Part shown: one piece after another, positions 28,689-38,030 of the stretch
How positions within the stretch are numbered: the stretch's first letter is position 1
Layout of the letters: each line of letters starts with the position of its first letter
Source: an uncultured delta proteobacterium
GTDB taxonomy: Bacteria > Desulfobacterota > RBG-13-43-22
DNA: 64,000 nt
Direction of reading: 5' to 3'
Assembly: GCA_963843145.1 (NCBI GenBank)
Contig: CAWJJC010000011.1
Span: 17,793-81,792 of the forward strand
Notes under the pieces: model-generated
The model's input: only the letters and a program-made list of their open reading frames with translations
Database searches by the model: none
Told to the model about the DNA's origin: nothing
Program-made: the position numbers and the translations under genes

Positions 28689-31001
28689 TCACTTCCCCCA
28701 TTTCCCCGCCTGCTTCAGTGCCTTGACAATTTTCTCCGGAGTTACCGGCTGTTCCTTGAACCAGATGCCGGTGGCGTCGTGCAGGGCGCTGAGCACGGCC
28801 GGAGGCGTACTTACATGACTGCCTTCGGAGGCCTCCTTGGCCCCGAAAGGGCCGTCAGGGTCATCGGTGATGATATCGAAGACCCGGATGTTGGGCGCAT
28901 CGGTGGAACGGGGCATCTTATAATCGAGAAAGGTATCATTCAAGGTCCGCCCTTTATCCATGACAAACTCCTCATAAATGGCCTGGCCCAACCCTTGAAC
29001 GGCCCCCCCTTCGTTCTGGGATTCCACGCTGATGGGGTGCAAGGGTCTCCCGCAGTCATGGGCAATGAAGAAATCGGTTACGTCCACCTTACCCGTTTCC
29101 AGATCAACCCCTAAGCGCACCGTCTGGGCCGTAAAGCTGTAAGAGGTGCCGCCGTTGCCCGTGCCGGTATTGAAATCGAGGGGTTCGATGCCGTAGCCCG
29201 AGTATCCCCGGCCCAGGATGACCGCACCGGAACCTTCGTAACAGGCGATCTTGACCAGCTTTTCAAAGTGCATCCGCTTTTCCGGCTCGGACTTGAGGAA
29301 AACCTCGGCGTTCCGAATTTCGATTTCTTCCGGTTTTACCTGCCAGACTTTGGCCCCGACCTCCAATAATTGTTTTTTGGCATCCTCGGCGGCCTTGCGG
29401 CTGGCCTGTCCGGCCAGGACCGTAACCCGGCTTCCGTAGCTTCCGGGATCGACCGGGGTATAGGCGGAATCCACCCGTTGGATGACCACATCTTCATAAC
29501 GTACCCCTAGTTCCTCGGCCACAATCATGGTCAAGACCGTATCCGATCCCTGACCGCAGTCGGTGGCCCCGGTAAGCAGGTTGACGGATCCGTCTTCACA
29601 GATGCGGACCACGGCCCCGCAGGACTGGTGGCCAAGTTGCCTAGCCCCCCCGAGATAGGAGGTCCCGGAGAGTCCGACGCCGTAGGAGACCGGCCCGGCC
29701 TGCTTCGGTTGCTTATCCTTGTCCACCCAGAGGGTGTCCTGTATCGCTGTTTCGAGGGCCTCTTTGATCCCGCAGGTCTTCAAGATCACCCCGTTGATGG
29801 TCCGGTAATCCTCACCCCGTTTGGGGTTCTCGATGGCATTCCGTAACCGGATCTCCCCGAAGTCTATTCCCAGTTCCTCGGCCATCATCTCCATCTGCAG
29901 TTCACAGGCAAAACGGGTGTGGGTAATGCCATGGCCGCGCATGGCCGCGGAGATGGGGTTGTTGGTAAAAACCCGCCAGGCGTCGTACTTGTAGGCCGGC
30001 AGTTTGTAGGGTATAGTAGTGGCAAATCCGGTAAGGTACATGGTCAGAGGGCTGATGGCTGTGTAGGCCCCGCCGTTGGCGACGACCCGGCTGTGGATGG
30101 CGGTCAGCAAGCCGTCCCGGGTCATCCCCATTTTATTGTAGACGATCATGTTATGCCTGCGCCGGCAGGTATTGAGAACCTCCTCCTGGCTGTAAACGAA
30201 CTTGACCGGTTTACCGGTCATTTTGGAACCCAGGACGGCGCAGAAATCCCCAGCCAAGGAATCGTTTTTCGTTCCGCCAAACCCTCCCCCGATGAAGGGC
30301 TGGATGACGCGAACCTTGCTGAGGGGCAGTTTGAAACAAGCGGCCAGATGACGGTAATGAAAATAAGGGCTTTGTTTGGCTGGCCAGACGGTGATCGAAC
30401 CGGCCGGATCAAAATAAGCCACCGAAGCCGGTGGCTCCAAAAAGCCCACGATGACTTTACCGGTCTCAAACCGGTCTTCCCGTACGAGGAAGGAATCGTG
30501 AAAAGCCTTTTCCACGTCTCCGAAATTCCAGTGGCTTTCCACGCTGACGTTGTTCGGGCGGTAGTCGTGAATCACCGGAGCGCCTTCCTGCATGGCCTCT
30601 TCGGGATCAAAAACCCCCGACAGTTCCTCATAGTCGACCCGAATCAGGTCACAAGCCTCCTCGGCCGTATCCTCGTCAATGGCGATCACTCCAGCCACGG
30701 CTTCGTAACGATAACGCACCTTATCCGTGGCCAAGGGCGGTTCGTCCCGGGTGGTGGCCATGAACCCCCAGGTCCAGCCTCCAAAATCCTTTCCGGTAAT
30801 AACCGCCTTCACCCCTGGAAGCCGTTCGGCCCGGCTGGTGTCTATATGGATAATTTTGGCGTGAGCGAAAGGTGACCGAACAATCTTGCACCAGAGCATT
30901 CCCGGCAAGGCGTAGTCGGCCGCATACTTGGCCTCACCCATGACCTTTTCTCGACCATCTTTCCTCGGGACCCTTTTCCCGATAACCGTGTATTCTTCCA
31001 T
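28689..31001 (-). CDS. xanthine dehydrogenase family molybdopterin subunit, HcrA-like
   Basis: GGGFGG, AMRGHG, GQGSDT, GSYGSRVT, GPFGAKEASEG. Confidence 0.92.
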   Translation of the reverse strand: MEEYTVIGKRVPRKDGREKVMGEAKYAADYALPGMLWCKIVRSPFAHAKIIHIDTSRAERLPGVKAVITGKDFGGWTWGFMATTRDEPPLATDKVRYRYEAVAGVIAIDEDTAEEACDLIRVDYEELSGVFDPEEAMQEGAPVIHDYRPNNVSVESHWNFGDVEKAFHDSFLVREDRFETGKVIVGFLEPPASVAYFDPAGSITVWPAKQSPYFHYRHLAACFKLPLSKVRVIQPFIGGGFGGTKNDSLAGDFCAVLGSKMTGKPVKFVYSQEEVLNTCRRRHNMIVYNKMGMTRDGLLTAIHSRVVANGGAYTAISPLTMYLTGFATTIPYKLPAYKYDAWRVFTNNPISAAMRGHGITHTRFACELQMEMMAEELGIDFGEIRLRNAIENPKRGEDYRTINGVILKTCGIKEALETAIQDTLWVDKDKQPKQAGPVSYGVGLSGTSYLGGARQLGHQSCGAVVRICEDGSVNLLTGATDCGQGSDTVLTMIVAEELGVRYEDVVIQRVDSAYTPVDPGSYGSRVTVLAGQASRKAAEDAKKQLLEVGAKVWQVKPEEIEIRNAEVFLKSEPEKRMHFEKLVKIACYEGSGAVILGRGYSGYGIEPLDFNTGTGNGGTSYSFTAQTVRLGVDLETGKVDVTDFFIAHDCGRPLHPISVESQNEGGAVQGLGQAIYEEFVMDKGRTLNDTFLDYKMPRSTDAPNIRVFDIITDDPDGPFGAKEASEGSHVSTPPAVLSALHDATGIWFKEQPVTPEKIVKALKQAGKWGK

Positions 31002-31006
31002 AGATC

Positions 31007-31474
31007 TTACCTCCCTATCTGCTCGGCAGCGGCCTTGACCGATTCAATAATCTTGGTATATCCGGTGCAGCGGCAAAAGTTGCCTTCCAGTCCTTTTCGG
31101 ATTTCCTCATCCGTTGGATTGGAATTCCGGTCGAGCAAGACCTTGGCGGAGAGGATCATCCCGGGGGTGCAAAAGCCGCACTGCATCCCGCCCACCTCCA
31201 CAAAGGCCTGCTGAATGGGGTGGAGCTTCCCGCCGTCGGCCAGCCCTTCGATGGTCAGGACCGATTTTCCATTGATCTCGGCCGTCAAAACCAGACAGGC
31301 ATTGACGGCTTCTCCCTCCAGGATGACCGTACAGGCCCCGCATTCACCCACACCACACCCTTCTTTCGTTCCAGTCAAACCCAGGTCCTCCCGGAGGGTC
31401 TCCAGCAGGGTGGCCGAAGGCTTGACCTCCAGTTCGTAATTTTTTCCGTTTACTTTCAACTGTATCCGTTTCAT
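31007..31474 (-). CDS. (2Fe-2S)-binding subunit (CoxS/HcrC type)
   Basis: GCGVGECGACT, QCGFCTPG, CRCTGY. Confidence 0.95.
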   Translation of the reverse strand: MKRIQLKVNGKNYELEVKPSATLLETLREDLGLTGTKEGCGVGECGACTVILEGEAVNACLVLTAEINGKSVLTIEGLADGGKLHPIQQAFVEVGGMQCGFCTPGMILSAKVLLDRNSNPTDEEIRKGLEGNFCRCTGYTKIIESVKAAAEQIGR

Positions 31475-31485
31475 CTTAAGCTCCT

Positions 31486-32370
31486 TCAAGCCAGGGGAAA
31501 GATCTGATTAATGGCCCGCTTGGTCAGCATGTAAACCATATCACGTCGGTAATCCGCCGAGGCCCGATGATCATCGATGGGGCGGCATTCCTCGCTGGCC
31601 AACCGGGCGGTGGCCTCGATCACCTCCGGGTTGAGCCTTTGTCCGATTAAGAGGGCCTCGGCCTGACTGGCCCGAATGGGCGTCGGGGCCACGGCACCCA
31701 GGGCCAGGCATATCTTTTTACAGACCCCGGCCTCCGCCACCCCGGCGATCGCCACCCCGACGATAGCCAGATCCATGGAATGGCGTGGAGAAAACTTTAA
31801 ATAGATTCCACGGAAGCCCTTCTCCGGGGTAGGGACTAAGATGCTTTGCAGGATCTCATCCGCTTCAATCACGGTCCGGCGAGGCCCGGTGAAAAAGGCC
31901 TCAAGGGGGACAATCCGCTCACCGCCGGGACCTTTCAACCTGACCTGGGCGCCCAGGGACAAGAGCGCCGGGGCGCTGTCCGCCGAGGGGACGGCCATGC
32001 AAATATTCCCGGCAAAGGTCCCCCGGTTTCGGACCTGCGGGGAGGCCATGGTCGAGGCCGCTTGAGCCAGAATCGAAAAACGCTTCTGAATGACAGGGCT
32101 CCGGGAAACGGCATTGATGGTGGTCAAGGCCCCGATGGTCAATCCGGTCCCTTCGTCAAAAGAAACCGCCTCCAGATCGGCGATTCCTTTCAGGTCGATT
32201 ACGGTTTCCGGAATGGACGTCCCCCGCCGTTTGAGCTGGGGGATTAAATCCGTACCGCCGGCTAGTAGTCGGGCCCGGCCTTTCTGGTCGCCGAGCAAAT
32301 GGAGGGCCTCGTCGAACGTCTTGGGAGCGGTGTACTGAAATTTGGGTAATCTTCGATAAAATACAGCCAT
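31486..32370 (-). CDS. FAD-binding subunit (CoxM type)
   Basis: AGGTDL, RNRGTFAGNI, D...ASADYR; no Cys-rich 4Fe-4S loop. Confidence 0.93.
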   Translation of the reverse strand: MAVFYRRLPKFQYTAPKTFDEALHLLGDQKGRARLLAGGTDLIPQLKRRGTSIPETVIDLKGIADLEAVSFDEGTGLTIGALTTINAVSRSPVIQKRFSILAQAASTMASPQVRNRGTFAGNICMAVPSADSAPALLSLGAQVRLKGPGGERIVPLEAFFTGPRRTVIEADEILQSILVPTPEKGFRGIYLKFSPRHSMDLAIVGVAIAGVAEAGVCKKICLALGAVAPTPIRASQAEALLIGQRLNPEVIEATARLASEECRPIDDHRASADYRRDMVYMLTKRAINQIFPLA

Positions 32371-32422
32371 TGTAAACTTCCTTCCCCGGGTTGGAGGTTG
32401 GCTTAAACCCGCGCAATAAAAT

Positions 32423-32483
32423 TATATAGACAAGTCTGTATAGTTTCTGTTATGTTTATAACAAAGCGATTTTATGGATGTCA
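32423..32483 (-). promoter_or_regulatory. promoter and putative TetR operator of the molybdoenzyme operon
   Basis: Minus strand TTGACA-N18-TATAAA; palindrome TATATAGAC-AA-GTCTGTATA (32423-32442) downstream. Confidence 0.6.
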
Positions 32484-32571
32484 ACACTTTTTTTTAAAGA
32501 ATACTATTTTTTTAGCAGGAGATTCGAGCCATCCGACCTAGCTCAGGCCGAAATCATAAAAAGTGGTTGTC

Positions 32572-32885
32572 CGTCCTTTTGGGTGGGTGGCCACAGTATG
32601 TGGTAGAATAGCGAAATTGGATCTCCGTTGCCGCCGGGTCTCGGCGAGAGGGTTTTCCAAAGGTACTCCGGACTTAGAATCCGGGCCTAAGTTACTAATT
32701 TAATTTGAAGCAGGCCCATACTCCGAGTCTCTTGACTGGTCTCAAGTCGGCCCTGCCTCCAGGAAGATTTGAAAACACGGGGGCCGGGTTAGAACCCAAA
32801 AAGGCCTGCCAAGGCGGGCTGGAAAACCCTTTCGCTGAGACCCGGCGGCCATACCAAATTTGGGGAGGATCCACCCAAAAGGACG
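32572..32885. repeat. ~310-bp nested inverted-repeat element, copy 1
   Basis: Outer IR CGTCCTTTTGGGTGG/CCACCCAAAAGGACG; inner IR GCCGCCGGGTCTC..GAGGGTTTTCCA/TGGAAAACCCTTTCG..GAGACCCGGCGGC; homolog at 42855. Confidence 0.85.
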
Positions 32886-33021
32886 AAGCGTCTAAAAAGT
32901 GAATGGGGACAAGCCAAGGAAACTCATTGACAGGACTTTTCTATGGTATAAAGTATTCCAATTCTGTTTGGGTAGTAACCAATCACCACACCCTTTGAAC
33001 CGATTAGGACTGGAAGAGAAA

Positions 33022-33669
33022 ATGCCCTCGACAAAAAGAGAACAGGCTTCGCAGAAGAAAAGAGCCAAAATTATCCAGACCACCTTGGATCTCCTTTTGA
33101 AAAAGGGGAATGCGGAGTCCACTTCAACGACGGCGGTCTGTGCTGCGGCCCGGGTGACTCGGCCCACGCTTTACCATTTCTTTGGAAGCAAACGAAATCT
33201 TCTTTTGTCCGTTCATCTGGAAGCGATCGAGAGTACGCTAAAACCTTATTTGGAAAAGGCCTCCGCCATAGATGATCCCTTCGCCAGACTTCGCTTTATG
33301 GTCCGGACCTTTACCAAGGAGGTTATCTGTCTTCATCCGGAATTACGGGTCCTTATTCATGACACGCTCACGGTGAAAGATAAGCATTTTCGACCGATCC
33401 GGGAGGCCTGGAAAAAACATTACCTTCTGCTTCGGGACACCATCGCTGAATTGCAAAAAGCCAAAAAAATAAGTGCGGAAGTTAAACCCTCCTGGGCAAG
33501 CCTCTTTGTGCTCGGCATGCTCACCTGGACCACCTATTGGTTCGACTTTGAAAGAAAAACGGACATCGAGCGCATTGCCGATCAGGCTGAACAGTTTATT
33601 CTTCAGGGCTTAGGAGTAAGAAAAGCCAGGGTTGGGAAAAAGAAAAGGGAGGTTTTCGGAGGGAAGTAA
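33022..33669 (+). CDS. TetR/AcrR family regulator (KstR2-like C-terminal domain)
   Basis: VCAAARVTRPTLYHFFGSK HTH; LGMLTWTTYWF; promoter TTGACA-N17-TATAAA near 32927. Confidence 0.92.
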   Translation: MPSTKREQASQKKRAKIIQTTLDLLLKKGNAESTSTTAVCAAARVTRPTLYHFFGSKRNLLLSVHLEAIESTLKPYLEKASAIDDPFARLRFMVRTFTKEVICLHPELRVLIHDTLTVKDKHFRPIREAWKKHYLLLRDTIAELQKAKKISAEVKPSWASLFVLGMLTWTTYWFDFERKTDIERIADQAEQFILQGLGVRKARVGKKKREVFGGK

Positions 33670-33774
33670 GGTGTCGGTCGGAAAGCGCATCCTCAGGGTG
33701 GAGAAAGAATCTGATATCCCGGAATCAATGTCCGGGCTGTTTTCTAAAGCTTAGTCACACCCTCCCCCGAAATA

Positions 33775-34926
33775 TTACACCGGCCCCAACCCCAACCTTC
33801 TGGCGATGATCAGTTTCATGATCTCGGTGGTGCCGGCGAAGATGGAGAGGCTGCGGGCGTCCCGGAAGAGACGGCTGATGCGGTACTCCTCCATATAGCC
33901 GTAGCCGCCGTGAAGCTGCACGGCCTGATAGGCCACGCGGTTGACCATCTCCCCCAGCCAGGCTTTGGCCATGGAGACCTTGGTGACGATGTCGTCCCCT
34001 CGGATGTATTCGGCCGCCAGGGTGTTCAGGTAGGTGCGGCCGATGTCCACCTCGGTGGCCATCTCGGCCAGCTTGAAGGCGTTGTGCTGGAAACTGCCGA
34101 TGGTCCGGCCGAAGGCCTCCCGCACCTTGGCGTAGTTCATGGCCTCTTTCAGGCATTCCTCGGCCATGGCCTGGCACTTGACGCAGACCTCCAGCCGCTC
34201 CCGGGCCAGCTTCTCCATCATGTACTTGAAGCCCCGGCCCTCTTCCCCTAACCGGTTTCCGATCGGGACCCGGCAATCCTCGAAAAAAAGTTCGGCCGTG
34301 TCCTGCATGTGATAACCCATCTTTTCCAGTTTGCGGCCCGGAGAAAATCCCGGGGTCCCTTTTTCCACCACTACCAGACTGATCCCTCCCGGTCCTAAGT
34401 CGGAAGGCTCGATCCGCACCGCCAGCACCACCACATCGGCAAAAATGCCATTGGTGATAAAGGTCTTCTGACCGTTGATGACGTAGTGGTCACCCTGCCG
34501 GACGGCTTTGGTCCGGATAGCGGCCAGGTCCGACCCGGCGTTGGGTTCGGTCAGACCGATGCAGGCGATGATTTCCCCCGTGGTGCAGCCCGGCAGGATT
34601 CTTTTTTTCAGATCTTCCGTGGCGTACGAATAAATATACGGCACGGCCACATCGGCATGCAGCGGGACGCCGACGCCGAAACCGTCGGCTCGGATCAGTT
34701 CTTCGCCGATGATGATCGAATAGCTGAAATCCAGATCCAGCCCGCCGTAGGCTTCCGGCAGCCAAGGACAGAGATAGCCCTGCCCGCCCAGTCTTTTCCA
34801 AAGCTCCCGGGGTACGGCCCGGTCCCGCTCCCAAGCATCCACATGGGGAGTAATCTCCCGCGCGCAAAATTTCCGAAATTCCTGCCTGAACAGGCGTTGT
34901 TCGTCATTGTCTTCAAAGAGGGACAT
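33775..34926 (-). CDS. acyl-CoA dehydrogenase
   Basis: LTEPNAGSD, GQKTFITNG, QLHGGYGYMEEY, IFAGTTEIMK. Confidence 0.95.
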   Translation of the reverse strand: MSLFEDNDEQRLFRQEFRKFCAREITPHVDAWERDRAVPRELWKRLGGQGYLCPWLPEAYGGLDLDFSYSIIIGEELIRADGFGVGVPLHADVAVPYIYSYATEDLKKRILPGCTTGEIIACIGLTEPNAGSDLAAIRTKAVRQGDHYVINGQKTFITNGIFADVVVLAVRIEPSDLGPGGISLVVVEKGTPGFSPGRKLEKMGYHMQDTAELFFEDCRVPIGNRLGEEGRGFKYMMEKLARERLEVCVKCQAMAEECLKEAMNYAKVREAFGRTIGSFQHNAFKLAEMATEVDIGRTYLNTLAAEYIRGDDIVTKVSMAKAWLGEMVNRVAYQAVQLHGGYGYMEEYRISRLFRDARSLSIFAGTTEIMKLIIARRLGLGPV

Positions 34927-34953
34927 GTTGTTTTAATTCCTTTGCCTTTTGAT

Positions 34954-35041
34954 GTCATACCGGACCTGATCCGGTATCCAGAGGGTTTGAAGCTTAGCCG
35001 GGTGATGGATTCCGGATCGCGCTTCGCTTGTCCGGAATGAC
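34954..35041. repeat. palindromic intergenic repeat variant (GTCATACCGG...CCGGAATGAC)
   Basis: Same architecture as 5659-5742. Confidence 0.7.
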
Positions 35042-35046
35042 GCTTC

Positions 35047-35892
35047 TTACCTTCTTATCTTCCGGTTGTAGTTGGTATACCGCCGGGCCATGCGGTCCCG
35101 GCCCAGCATGAGATCCACGCCCAGGATGAACGGCTTCATCCGGGCGGCATCGACGATGGCGCAGTTGAGGCCGGCCCGGATGGCCAGGGCCAGAAAGACG
35201 GCGTTGACGGCCAACCGGTTCGGCAGGCCAAAAGAGACGTTGCTGGCCCCCAGGACGAGATTAACCCCGGTTTCCCGCTTGACGGTTTCCAGGGTTTCCA
35301 GCGTAATCAAGACGGCTTTGTCGTTGACCGCACTCGATTCGGCCAGACAATCGAGCAGCAGGTCATCCCGCGGTATTCCCAAATTACTCGTCCGTTCCAG
35401 GATATGCCAGGCGATCTCGAGTCTTTTTTGGGGGACCTTGGGGATGCCTACCCCCCCGGAAGTCATGGCTACCAGGGCAGTCCCGTATTGTTTCACCAGG
35501 GGCAGGATCTTATCCAGCAACGGGTCTTCCCCGGTGACCGAACTGATGACCGGCTTTCCACAACCCAATCGTAAAGCGTTTTCCAGCGCCGTCGGGTTTC
35601 GGCTTTCCAGACAGAGCGGGAGATCCACGGTCTCCATGACGGTTTTGGCCACCTGGGGGAGAACCACGGTCTCATCGATCCCGAAGGTGGCCACGCTGAT
35701 AATCAGGATATCGGCCCCGGCCTCCGCCTGTTTTAGCGCCTCGCGGCGAATGGGCTCCAGGTCCCCCGATTTCATAGCTTCTTTCAGCGGTCCCTTGCCG
35801 AAAGGATTGATCCGCTCCCCGATCAGCACCGTCGGTCGCCCGTCGCCAATAATCACTTCCTTGCCCTGTGGGCTGACTACTCGTGTTTCCAT
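35047..35892 (-). CDS. pterin-binding methyltransferase (corrinoid:tetrahydrofolate methyltransferase, MetH/AcsE-like)
   Basis: LIGERINP, ISSVTGE, GASNVSFGLP. Confidence 0.9.
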   Translation of the reverse strand: METRVVSPQGKEVIIGDGRPTVLIGERINPFGKGPLKEAMKSGDLEPIRREALKQAEAGADILIISVATFGIDETVVLPQVAKTVMETVDLPLCLESRNPTALENALRLGCGKPVISSVTGEDPLLDKILPLVKQYGTALVAMTSGGVGIPKVPQKRLEIAWHILERTSNLGIPRDDLLLDCLAESSAVNDKAVLITLETLETVKRETGVNLVLGASNVSFGLPNRLAVNAVFLALAIRAGLNCAIVDAARMKPFILGVDLMLGRDRMARRYTNYNRKIRR

Positions 35893-36021
35893 AAAGCACT
35901 CCTCAGTTTTATGCACCACCCGCTCGCTGCTCTCGCTCAAGACGCAAAGAAGCAGTGAAATTTTTATTCGCGGAGCGATATCCTTTTCGCCTTGGCGTCC
36001 TTTGCGTCTTTGCGGTGAATA

Positions 36022-37278
36022 TTAATACACTCCGTATTCCCTTGTAAAATCAATCAGGGCTTTCACATTTTCCGGTTTGGCGTCGTCCAGGCCGGTGGAG
36101 GTGTCCATGATGTATCCGCCGCCCTTGGCCACCGTGTCGATCAAGTTTTTACAGTAGGTCCGGACCTGATCCGGTGTGCCGGTGGCCATGATGGACAAGG
36201 GGACGTTGCCCCGGATGCAGACCCTGCCGCCGAGGATCTTCTTGGCCTTAACCATGTCGGTGGCCTCAAAGGCGTAGCAGGCCTTGCCCTCCGGAATATC
36301 CTTAATGGTCTCCAGACGGGTGGTGCAGTTCCCTTCCCACAGGGGGCAGGGGTTGAGCCCCTCTTTGATCAAGGTATGCATCAGGTCTCGGAGAGTAGGC
36401 CAGAAAAAGCGATCGAACTGCTCCTTGGACATGAAATTGTCCAGCCCCCAGTGGATCGGGATGAATACCCGAGGATTCCCGGTGGCCCGGGTGCCGTTCA
36501 CCGCCATCTCGATCATGAAGGGCAGCAGCTTCTCGCAGGCCTGAACCACTTTCTCCGGCCTCCGGTACATGTCGAGCATGGTGCCTTTCATACCCCGGAA
36601 AAAATCGCTCAGGGTGTCAAAGGGGGCCTGGCAAATACCTCCGACCTGCATGGGAAAACCCGCTTCCCGGGCCTCCTTGGTAAAACGCTGGCCGTAGGTG
36701 GCGATCTCCATGGATTTTTCTCCAGCCTTGACCAGCGTTTCCAGGGCCGCTTTGACCTCCGGCTGGGCAAATCCCCGGAAGCCCATGGAGACCCCCAGGT
36801 AATAGCTGATAATATTGTGAAGGGGTGGGAGCTGCTGCAAGCCGCTCAGCCCCCCCATGATGCGAGGCCAGAACCTCCGGATCATGAAATCGGTGGGGTC
36901 GAGCAGAAAATGATCGTACTCCTCGGCTTTCATATACTCGCCCTCGATATACTGATAGGTCCGGTTGGCGGTTACCCCGTGGCCGGGCCACTTCAGGGGC
37001 TTGAAATCCAGGGTTTCCAGGATGGGGCCCAGGAAACGCAAGCCGAAGGGGTTGTTGTCCATGTCCGGTTCGAAATCGATCATGGTCTTCCACTGGGCCT
37101 CGAAAAGTTTATCCGGGTCGTACATCAGTTCCTGGACGGTCATTCCACAGTACTTGGCCGGGAAAAAGGCGAAAAAAACCAGAATGGGTACCCGATCCGG
37201 GACGCGCAAGGCGATGGCGTCCAGAACCCTCTTTTCCCGTTGTTGATAAAGTTCGGCAGCGGTTTCTTTCATCCTCAT
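36022..37278 (-). CDS. uroporphyrinogen decarboxylase-family methyltransferase (O-demethylase MT1-like)
   Basis: PDRVP, KWPGHG, EGEYMKAEEY, APFD, FFWP, GNVP, GGGYIM. Confidence 0.85.
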   Translation of the reverse strand: MRMKETAAELYQQREKRVLDAIALRVPDRVPILVFFAFFPAKYCGMTVQELMYDPDKLFEAQWKTMIDFEPDMDNNPFGLRFLGPILETLDFKPLKWPGHGVTANRTYQYIEGEYMKAEEYDHFLLDPTDFMIRRFWPRIMGGLSGLQQLPPLHNIISYYLGVSMGFRGFAQPEVKAALETLVKAGEKSMEIATYGQRFTKEAREAGFPMQVGGICQAPFDTLSDFFRGMKGTMLDMYRRPEKVVQACEKLLPFMIEMAVNGTRATGNPRVFIPIHWGLDNFMSKEQFDRFFWPTLRDLMHTLIKEGLNPCPLWEGNCTTRLETIKDIPEGKACYAFEATDMVKAKKILGGRVCIRGNVPLSIMATGTPDQVRTYCKNLIDTVAKGGGYIMDTSTGLDDAKPENVKALIDFTREYGVY

Positions 37279-37905
37279 TCTCCTATCCACTGTTTGCAGA
37301 GGTTGACCGCGGCGATAGCGTCGCGACCGTAGGCGTCGGCCTTCACATATTGTCGGATCTCCTCATCGATCTGCCCGCCGCCGATCATAATCTTTATATT
37401 TTCCCTTAGTCCTGCCGCCTCGAGGGCTTCGATGGTCTGTTTCATGGAATCGAAGGCCAGGGTCAAAAAAGCGCTCAGGCCCACCACCCGGGGCTGAAAC
37501 TCCCGGGTCTTCTCCACCACTGTTTCAATCGGCACGTCGATCCCCAGGTCGAGCACTTCGTAGCCGCTCACCTCCAGCATAAAGACGACGATATCCTTGC
37601 CGATATCGTGGATGTCCCCTTCCACGGTGGCGATCAGGACCCGCCCTTTCTTGGGACCCTCCTCGCCCTGGGTCAGCAGCGGCTTGACGATCCCCGAGAT
37701 GGCCGTCAGGATCTCGCCGGCCATAACCAGGTCTGGAATGAAGTACTCGTACGGTTTCGAATCGTTTTCCCACGATCTCCATGGCCGCCCGGGCGGCGGC
37801 CAAGATCTCGAGGGGATCCGTTTTCGCGGCTACCAGTTCCTGGACGCGTCCCAGGGTTTCCTCCTCCTTCAGGTCCGCCATCAGGTCTATCAGTTTTTGA
37901 TCCAT
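37275..37905 (-). pseudogene. corrinoid (B12-binding) protein with +1 frameshift
   Basis: Near-identical to 43571-44197 but with an extra C at 37752; DIHDIGK motif. Confidence 0.85.
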
Positions 37906-38030
37906 ATAAAACCTCCCGAGATAATGCTAAAAAATGGTAAAACGTTAAGCTCAAATTCGAAATCCGAATTTGAACATTTGGAGTTTGTTTCGAATTTCGT
38001 GCTTCGAATTTCGGTTTTAGGATTTAGGTT

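Noticed and set aside
28689-32370. Assigning hcrCAB or coxLMS symbols
   Set aside because: No HcrB 4Fe-4S loop and no CoxL AYxCSFR motif
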